Assembly: GCA_965203965.1 (NCBI GenBank)
Contig: CBDBDR010000017.1
Span: 448,001-512,000 of the forward strand
DNA length: 64,000 nt
Origin: Thermodesulfobacteriota bacterium
GTDB lineage: Bacteria; Desulfobacterota_D; UBA1144; Nemesobacterales; JAJCZQ01
Direction: 5' to 3'
Positions 57,585 to 64,000 of this stretch are shown here, in pieces; within the stretch, counting starts at the first letter, position 1, and every line of letters begins with the position of its first letter. The position numbers and the translations under genes were made by a program. Below the pieces are notes generated by a model. It saw only the letters and a list, made by a program, of their open reading frames with translations, was not told the DNA's origin and made no database searches.

Positions 57585-58517
57585 ATGATAGCTTTTGTTT
57601 TTCCAGGACAGGGGGCACAATACGTTGGGATGGGAAAGGAGTTTTACGACCAATTTCCTGCTGCAAAACAAGTTTTTGAAGAAGCAAGTGATATGCTCAG
57701 TTTTGACATGTCAAGATTGTGTTTTGAAGACAATACAGAGAAATTAAACTTGACGGCAAACGCTCAACCTGCAATTCTCACCGCAAGCATTGCGGCTTTG
57801 AGAGTACTGAATCAAGAAACAGGCATTAGACCGGATTTTGTTGCTGGGCACAGCCTTGGAGAGTATTCAGCACTGGTTGCATCAGGAGCGATGAATTTTA
57901 AAGATGCTGTTCACACGGTGAGAAAACGTGGTGAATTCATGCAGAGTGCTGTTCCCATTGGCATTGGTGCAATGGCAGCAGTAATAGGTCTGTCAAAGGA
58001 AGAAATAGAAAACATCTGTGAAAGGGTAACGAGTTCACAAAGCATAGTAAGTTCAGCAAATTATAATTCACCACAGCAAACTGTTATATCTGGACATAAA
58101 GAAGCAGTTCAAAGAGCAGAAGGCATGTTAAAAGAAGCAGGGGCAAAACGGATCGTTCCCTTGTCAGTAAGCGCTCCTTTTCATTGCAAATTAATGAATA
58201 AAGCAGCAGAAAACCTGTCTGAAGTTTTAAACGATATTCGGGTATCAGAGATTGAAACGCCGGTGGTTACCAACGTAGAATCCATTGCCAACAGTGATAA
58301 AACTAGGGTAAAAGATTTACTTGTTCAACAGGTTGTTAAGCCAGTAAGGTGGTTTGAGTCCATCCAGTATCTAGCTGAACAAAAAGTCAAAAATTTCGTA
58401 GAAATAGGTCCGGGCAAAGTTTTAACGGGACTTATTAGGAAAACAATTAAAGAAGTAAATTTGATTAACCTTGAAAACATAACTCAATTAGCTCATATTA
58501 AAAAAAATGGAATTTAA
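57585..58517 (+). CDS. fabD: Malonyl-CoA-ACP transacylase
   Basis: FPGQGAQ, GHSLGE, SAPFH, EIGPG. Confidence 0.95.
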   Translation: MIAFVFPGQGAQYVGMGKEFYDQFPAAKQVFEEASDMLSFDMSRLCFEDNTEKLNLTANAQPAILTASIAALRVLNQETGIRPDFVAGHSLGEYSALVASGAMNFKDAVHTVRKRGEFMQSAVPIGIGAMAAVIGLSKEEIENICERVTSSQSIVSSANYNSPQQTVISGHKEAVQRAEGMLKEAGAKRIVPLSVSAPFHCKLMNKAAENLSEVLNDIRVSEIETPVVTNVESIANSDKTRVKDLLVQQVVKPVRWFESIQYLAEQKVKNFVEIGPGKVLTGLIRKTIKEVNLINLENITQLAHIKKNGI

Positions 58518-59250
58518 AGATAAAGTTGCATTAATAACAGGGGCATCGCGCGGGATAGGCAGAGAAGTTGCCCTGGAATTAGCTTCAAAAGGAGCTAAAG
58601 TCATTTTAAATTACTTAAAAGATGACGAATCAGCACAGAAAACCGCAAGCTTAATATCAAATAATGGCGGGAGCGCGTTATTATGCAAATTTGACGTTAG
58701 CAATTATGAAAACGTGCAGAAGCGTATTGGTGCACTGATTGACGACCTGGGTAAAATTGATCTACTTGTAAACAATGCTGGGACTATAAGAGACAGCCTG
58801 TTTATGAGAATGAATGAAGAAGATTGGGATATGTTGTTTAATATAAACATGAAGGGTGCCTTTAACTGCACTAAGGCAGTTATCAGAAATATGAGTAGAA
58901 AGAGATATGGACGGATTGTCAATGTCGTATCGGTGGTAGGAGAAATAGGCAACCCAGGACAGGCAAACTACTCAGCAACAAAAGCCGGCTTGATAGGATT
59001 TACAAAATCTATTGCAAAGGAATTTGCATCAAGAAACATAACTGTTAACGCAGTTAGTCCCGGTTTTATTGACACGGATATTACGAAAGATTTAACACCT
59101 GATTTGAAAAAGAAATATATGGATGCAATTCCTTTGGGTAGATTTGGCAAACCCGAGGATGTGTCGGGCATCATAGCTTTTTTACTATCAGATAATGCAT
59201 CTTATATTACCGGTGAAGTTGTAAAGGTTAATGGCGGCGTGCATATGTAA
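58507..59250 (+). CDS. fabG: 3-oxoacyl-ACP reductase
   Basis: TGASRGIG, NNAG, GQANYSATK, PGFIDT. Confidence 0.95.
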   Translation: MEFKDKVALITGASRGIGREVALELASKGAKVILNYLKDDESAQKTASLISNNGGSALLCKFDVSNYENVQKRIGALIDDLGKIDLLVNNAGTIRDSLFMRMNEEDWDMLFNINMKGAFNCTKAVIRNMSRKRYGRIVNVVSVVGEIGNPGQANYSATKAGLIGFTKSIAKEFASRNITVNAVSPGFIDTDITKDLTPDLKKKYMDAIPLGRFGKPEDVSGIIAFLLSDNASYITGEVVKVNGGVHM

Positions 59251-59294
59251 ACAAATACTTAAAATGAAAAACTATATTCTAGGAGGATTTTTTA

Positions 59295-59546
59295 ATGTCA
59301 GAGCAGGAAATACAGGAAATATTAGAAAAAGTAAAGGACTTGGTTGCAAGCCAGCTCGGTAAATCAAAAGATAAAATAACACCGGATTCATCATTTATTG
59401 AAGATCTGGATGCCGATTCATTGGACTTGGTTGAACTCATTATGTCAATGGAAGATGAATACGGATTGGAAATATCTGATGAAGATGCCGAAAGCATTAT
59501 AACTGTAAAAGACGCAGTAAAATTCATCATGGAGAATGCAAAATAG
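59295..59546 (+). CDS. acpP: Acyl carrier protein
   Basis: DLDADSLDLVELIM. Confidence 0.95.
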   Translation: MSEQEIQEILEKVKDLVASQLGKSKDKITPDSSFIEDLDADSLDLVELIMSMEDEYGLEISDEDAESIITVKDAVKFIMENAK

Positions 59547-60779
59547 ATGAATAGAAGGGTGGTTGTAACTGGTATTGGGCTTGTAACACCTCTTGGTATT
59601 GGCACCTTGGAAACGTGGGAAGCCGTGTGTAACGGCAAAAGTGGAATCACCAACATAGACAAGTTTGATACCTCGGATCATAAAACCCGGATCGCAGGAC
59701 AGGTCAGAAATTTTGATCCATTGAAATATGTAAATGCCAAAGAAGCAAAGAGAAATGACGACTTTATCAATTTTTCAATTGCAGCTACAAAAATGTCACT
59801 TGATGATGCAGAGCTTGAAATAAGCGATGAACTTGCACCAATGGCAGGCTGCGTGATTGCTTCTGGAATAGGTGGAATGGCAACCTACTGCGATACTCAT
59901 ACCACTCTATTAAATAAGGGGCCATCAAGACTGTCTCCTTTCTTTATTCCCAACATCGTTACTAATATGGCTTCCGGATACGTCTCAATACTTTTCAATG
60001 CAAAGGGACCTAACTGTTGCACAACAACCGCATGTGCAGCAAGCGGTCATGCGTTATCTTTGTCACAAATGCTTATTCAAAGAGGTGAAGCTGACGTGAT
60101 TATCTCGGGTGGGGCGGAAGCCCCCATTCTACCAATTACAGTTGGTGGCTTTAACGCAATGAGGGCTCTTTCCACAAGAAATGAAGACCCTTCAACGGCA
60201 TCTCGTCCTTTTGATAAAGACCGTGATGGTTTTGTTATGTCTGAAGGTGCCGGAATATTAATTCTTGAGGAACTTAAACATGCAAAGAAACGCGGGGCAA
60301 GAATTTATGCTGAGTTGATTGGATCCGGAATGAGTGGAGATGGAGGACATATAACAGCTCCAACTCTTGACGGTCCAGTAAGGTCAATGAAAAATTCACT
60401 ACGTGACGCCAAGATCAATTCTGATGAAGTTAATTACGTAAACGCTCACGGTACTTCTACACCGCTAAATGACGTTAATGAAACCAATGCGGTAAAAGAG
60501 GTGTTTGGTGAACATGCTTACAAAATTTCCGTCAGTTCAACCAAATCTATGACAGGGCACATGTTGGGAGCGGCTGGCGCCGTTGAAGCTTCACTATCAT
60601 GTTTGGCTATATATAACGGTGTAGTTCCACCAACAATAAATCTTTTAAATCCCGACCCAGAATGTGACCTTGATTACGTTCCGAATGAAGTTAGAGAGGA
60701 CAAAATTGAAACCGTTATGAGCAATACTTATGGATTTGGAGGCACTAACTCAAGTATTGTATTAAGAAAATTTATCTAA
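59547..60779 (+). CDS. fabF: Beta-ketoacyl-ACP synthase II
   Basis: [34 protein letters not shown]. Confidence 0.95.
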   Translation: MNRRVVVTGIGLVTPLGIGTLETWEAVCNGKSGITNIDKFDTSDHKTRIAGQVRNFDPLKYVNAKEAKRNDDFINFSIAATKMSLDDAELEISDELAPMAGCVIASGIGGMATYCDTHTTLLNKGPSRLSPFFIPNIVTNMASGYVSILFNAKGPNCCTTTACAASGHALSLSQMLIQRGEADVIISGGAEAPILPITVGGFNAMRALSTRNEDPSTASRPFDKDRDGFVMSEGAGILILEELKHAKKRGARIYAELIGSGMSGDGGHITAPTLDGPVRSMKNSLRDAKINSDEVNYVNAHGTSTPLNDVNETNAVKEVFGEHAYKISVSSTKSMTGHMLGAAGAVEASLSCLAIYNGVVPPTINLLNPDPECDLDYVPNEVREDKIETVMSNTYGFGGTNSSIVLRKFI

Positions 60780-60876
60780 TCCGAAGCATTTTTGAATTAA
60801 TCAATAATTTAAATTGGCTACTATTGTAAAACTGAGTTTTATTCCATTAGCAATATAATTTTAGAGAGGGCAGTAT

Positions 60877-63561
60877 ATGTCAAAGATAATCAATAAAGTC
60901 AAAGCAAAAATTAGCGTCGGTGGAAAAGATTATGATATTTTTTCATTAAAGTTGCTTGAAAAAAACAGTGGTTGTAAGTTATCCAATTTACCTATATCAA
61001 TAAAAATTTTACTTGAGAACATTCTCAGAAATTACGATGGGAATATCATCAACGACAACCACATTGAATTGCTTTCAAAGTGGGACCCCAACAACAAAGA
61101 ACCAAAAGAAATCCCATACAAGCCCGCGAGAGTAATACTTCAGGATTTTACAGGTGTGCCTTGTGTTGTTGACCTTGCTTCAATGAGGGCAACCGTGAAT
61201 AAAATGAACGAAAACCCTAACAAGATTAATCCTATTATCCCAGTGGATCTGGTGATTGACCATTCAGTTCAGGTTGATCATTTTGCAAATGAAAATGCCT
61301 TTCAAAAAAACGTAGAACGTGAATATGAAAGAAATAGGGAAAGATACCAATTCTTGAGATGGGCACAGGAATCTTTTGATAATTTTAGGATAGTTCCACC
61401 CGGCACCGGTATTGTTCATCAGGTAAATCTCGAGCGATTGGCAAGCGTAGTAGCAACGGAAGAAATGAACGGAGATACAATTGCCTTTCCGGATACTCTG
61501 GTAGGAACAGACTCTCATACAACTATGATAAATGGTCTCAGTGTTTTGGGATGGGGAGTTGGCGGAATTGAAGCGGAAGCATGTATGCTCGGACAGCCTT
61601 TATACATGCTGGTACCCGATGTGGTTGGATTTAAACTTCATGGACGGTTAAAAGAAGGTGTAACGGCGACCGACTTGGTATTGAACGTAACCGAAATATT
61701 GAGAAAAAAAGGAGTTGTTGGAAAATTTGTAGAATTTTACGGTCCCGGGCTCAGTCAGCTTGCCCTTGCAGATAAAGCTACTATTGCCAATATGGCACCT
61801 GAGTATGGAGCCACCATGGGATTTTTCCCGGTTGACTCAGAAACGTTGAGATACCTACGCACCACCGGTAGAGATAAACATTTAATAGACTTGGTAGAGG
61901 CATATACGAAAGAGCAAGGTATATTCAGAACTGATGGTATGACAGACCCTTCATATACCGACATAGTAGAGCTCGACATATCAACAGTTGAGCCATCTCT
62001 GGCGGGACCAAGCCGCCCACAGGATAGAATAAACCTTAGTGATATGAAAAATGTTTATCAAAAAAGCCTCACGGATGATACATCAGGTTCTTATGAACAG
62101 AAAACAGTAGATATTCAAATGAACGGCAACAAAACTAAGATTGGAAATGGTTCAGTTGTAATAGCGGCAATAACCAGTTGCACAAATACTTCAAACCCTT
62201 CAGTTATGATCGCATCTGGGCTTGTAGCTAAAAAAGCCGTTGAGCTTGGTCTAACTGTTAGTCCATCGGTAAAAACCAGTTTAGCTCCTGGATCGAGAGT
62301 TGTAACTGATTATCTAGAGGCATCAGGACTATTGCCATATTTGAATCAATTAGGATTTAATCTTGTCGGCTATGGATGTACTACCTGCATTGGGAACAGC
62401 GGACCTCTTCCCATCGAGGTTGAATCCGCCATCAGAGGAAATAATCTAAAGTGTGCCTCAGTTATAAGTGGAAACAGAAACTTTGAAGGCAGAGTGCATC
62501 CATTTGTCAAGTTTTCCTATCTTGCTTCACCTCCACTTGTTGTCTCTTATGCACTTGCGGGAACAGTTGATAAAGACTTCACGAAAGAGCCATTAGGTAT
62601 TAACAAGGAAGGTGACGCCGTGTATTTAAGAGATATATGGCCGACTCAGGAAGAAATTGAGAAAATATTATCCAGTGTTATAACTCCTGATATGTTTAGA
62701 AGCCAATACAAAACGGTCTTTTCTGGTGATGAAACTTGGAAATCCCTGCCAACCCCTACTGGTAACTTATACAAGTGGGAATCAGACTCAACCTATATAC
62801 AGAACCCTCCTTTTTTCAGGGACTTTTCATTGAAAGCTAACACTCTATCTGATATAAAAGGTGCCCATGCAATTGCACTACTGGGGGATTCAATTACAAC
62901 CGACCATATTTCTCCCGCTGGATCTATACCGGAAGACGGTCCCGCCGGAAAATATCTAATATCAAAAGATGTTGAAAAATCAGATTTTAACAGTTTTGGT
63001 TCAAGAAGAGGCAACCATGAAGTAATGGTAAGAGGAACTTTTGCAAATATCAGGATTAGGAACAAGATGGTCGAAGGCACTGAAGGAGGTGTTACTTTAC
63101 ATGTTCCTTCCAGGGAAGCTATAAGCATTTATGAAGCATCTGAAAAGTATATCTCGGAAAACATTCCACTAGTAGTAATTGGAGGCAAAGAATATGGCAC
63201 GGGAAGTTCAAGAGACTGGGCGGCAAAAGGAACGGTGCTTCTTGGTATTAAATGCGTTATTGCGGAGAGTTTTGAAAGAATACACAGAAGCAATTTGGTG
63301 GGTATGGGTGTGCTGCCTCTTCAGTTCAAAGAGGGAGAAAGTGCTGATTATCACTCGCTGACTGGATTGGAAAGATATGATATATATGGACTTTCTGATG
63401 GTCTGAAACCAAGAAAGATGCTGAAAATCAGCGTAACAGATAACAATAATGGGAACAAGAAAGAATTTGAAGTAGTTTGCAGGATAGATAGCTCAGTTGA
63501 AGTTGATTACCTCAAAAATGGGGGAATATTGCAAACAGTTCTTAGGCAACTGGTTTCATAA
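60877..63561 (+). CDS. acnA: Aconitate hydratase A
   Basis: [49 protein letters not shown]. Confidence 0.96.
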   Translation: MSKIINKVKAKISVGGKDYDIFSLKLLEKNSGCKLSNLPISIKILLENILRNYDGNIINDNHIELLSKWDPNNKEPKEIPYKPARVILQDFTGVPCVVDLASMRATVNKMNENPNKINPIIPVDLVIDHSVQVDHFANENAFQKNVEREYERNRERYQFLRWAQESFDNFRIVPPGTGIVHQVNLERLASVVATEEMNGDTIAFPDTLVGTDSHTTMINGLSVLGWGVGGIEAEACMLGQPLYMLVPDVVGFKLHGRLKEGVTATDLVLNVTEILRKKGVVGKFVEFYGPGLSQLALADKATIANMAPEYGATMGFFPVDSETLRYLRTTGRDKHLIDLVEAYTKEQGIFRTDGMTDPSYTDIVELDISTVEPSLAGPSRPQDRINLSDMKNVYQKSLTDDTSGSYEQKTVDIQMNGNKTKIGNGSVVIAAITSCTNTSNPSVMIASGLVAKKAVELGLTVSPSVKTSLAPGSRVVTDYLEASGLLPYLNQLGFNLVGYGCTTCIGNSGPLPIEVESAIRGNNLKCASVISGNRNFEGRVHPFVKFSYLASPPLVVSYALAGTVDKDFTKEPLGINKEGDAVYLRDIWPTQEEIEKILSSVITPDMFRSQYKTVFSGDETWKSLPTPTGNLYKWESDSTYIQNPPFFRDFSLKANTLSDIKGAHAIALLGDSITTDHISPAGSIPEDGPAGKYLISKDVEKSDFNSFGSRRGNHEVMVRGTFANIRIRNKMVEGTEGGVTLHVPSREAISIYEASEKYISENIPLVVIGGKEYGTGSSRDWAAKGTVLLGIKCVIAESFERIHRSNLVGMGVLPLQFKEGESADYHSLTGLERYDIYGLSDGLKPRKMLKISVTDNNNGNKKEFEVVCRIDSSVEVDYLKNGGILQTVLRQLVS

Positions 63562-63638
63562 GTTGCAGTCAAGATTGCAAAGCAACCTTTTTTGATTATA
63601 ATTTCCCCTCTAAACTTTTATTTCATACAGGAGAGAAT

Positions 63639-64000
63639 ATGTCTAAATCAGAAGCGGAAAAAATAACAATTGACAAAAAAGCAAAAAAACTAATAGTTCC
63701 CGACAGACCAGTTATTCCATTCATTGAAGGAGATGGTATTGGACCCGATATATGGCACGCATCCCAGATAGTATTTGATGCCGCGGTGGAAAAAGCATAC
63801 AATGGCAAAAGGGAGATTATATGGCATGAGGTGCTTGCAGGGGAAAAGGCTTATGAACAAACAGGAGAGTGGCTTCCTGAAAAAACATTGGAGGATATAC
63901 GAAGCTATATTGTTGCCATTAAAGGACCACTGACGACACCTGTCAGTGGTGGAATAAGAAGTCTGAACGTTGCTTTGCGACAGCTTCTGGATTTGTATGC
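63639..64000 (+). CDS. icd: NADP-dependent isocitrate dehydrogenase (partial, runs off the window end)
   Basis: Manual translation: [47 protein letters not shown]. Confidence 0.93.
   Translation, partial: MSKSEAEKITIDKKAKKLIVPDRPVIPFIEGDGIGPDIWHASQIVFDAAVEKAYNGKREIIWHEVLAGEKAYEQTGEWLPEKTLEDIRSYIVAIKGPLTTPVSGGIRSLNVALRQLLDLY

Noticed and set aside
1..64000. CRISPR array, rRNA, IS transposase; the many antisense ORFs in the track
   Set aside because: No regularly spaced repeats, rRNA or transposase motifs were seen; the antisense ORFs are shadows of well-supported genes.

Overview
This is an AT-rich bacterial chromosome segment; the gene content looks Desulfobacterota/Dadabacteria-like, but that is inference only. 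Most of it is housekeeping: gmk-spoT-lepB-pyrRBC, ribBA-ribH-nusB-trpDC, tpx/bcp, bioD, an alternative complex III (actABCDEF) operon, a ThaI-like R-M pair, an RND pump, fumC, two tRNAs, nfeD/slipin, a peptide ABC transporter, rpmF-fabDG-acpP-fabF, acnA and icd. The most unusual part is a ~3.8-kb phage-derived islet (~14.5-18.3 kb). It holds a Panacea (DUF4065) antitoxin/membrane-protein pair bounded by 12-bp direct repeats, and two back-to-back copies of a Mu gpF (MuF) gene with a C-terminal PBECR-like nuclease domain (one intact, one internally deleted). Neither copy is followed by an immunity ORF. Instead, each is followed by a convergently transcribed ~135-nt non-coding RNA with its own sigma70 promoter and intrinsic terminator. 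The two RNAs differ in sequence but share one fold, with compensatory changes in four helices and a loop-loop (kissing) interaction. This is a candidate RNA-antitoxin/RNA-partner system for MuF-PBECR nucleases. Other oddities are a lipoyl domain inserted in a periplasmic peptide-binding lipoprotein, a split UvrD/PD-(D/E)XK gene, an unannotated small membrane ORF ending the act operon, and a degenerate GTP cyclohydrolase II domain. All family calls come from motif recognition by eye; no database searches were run.
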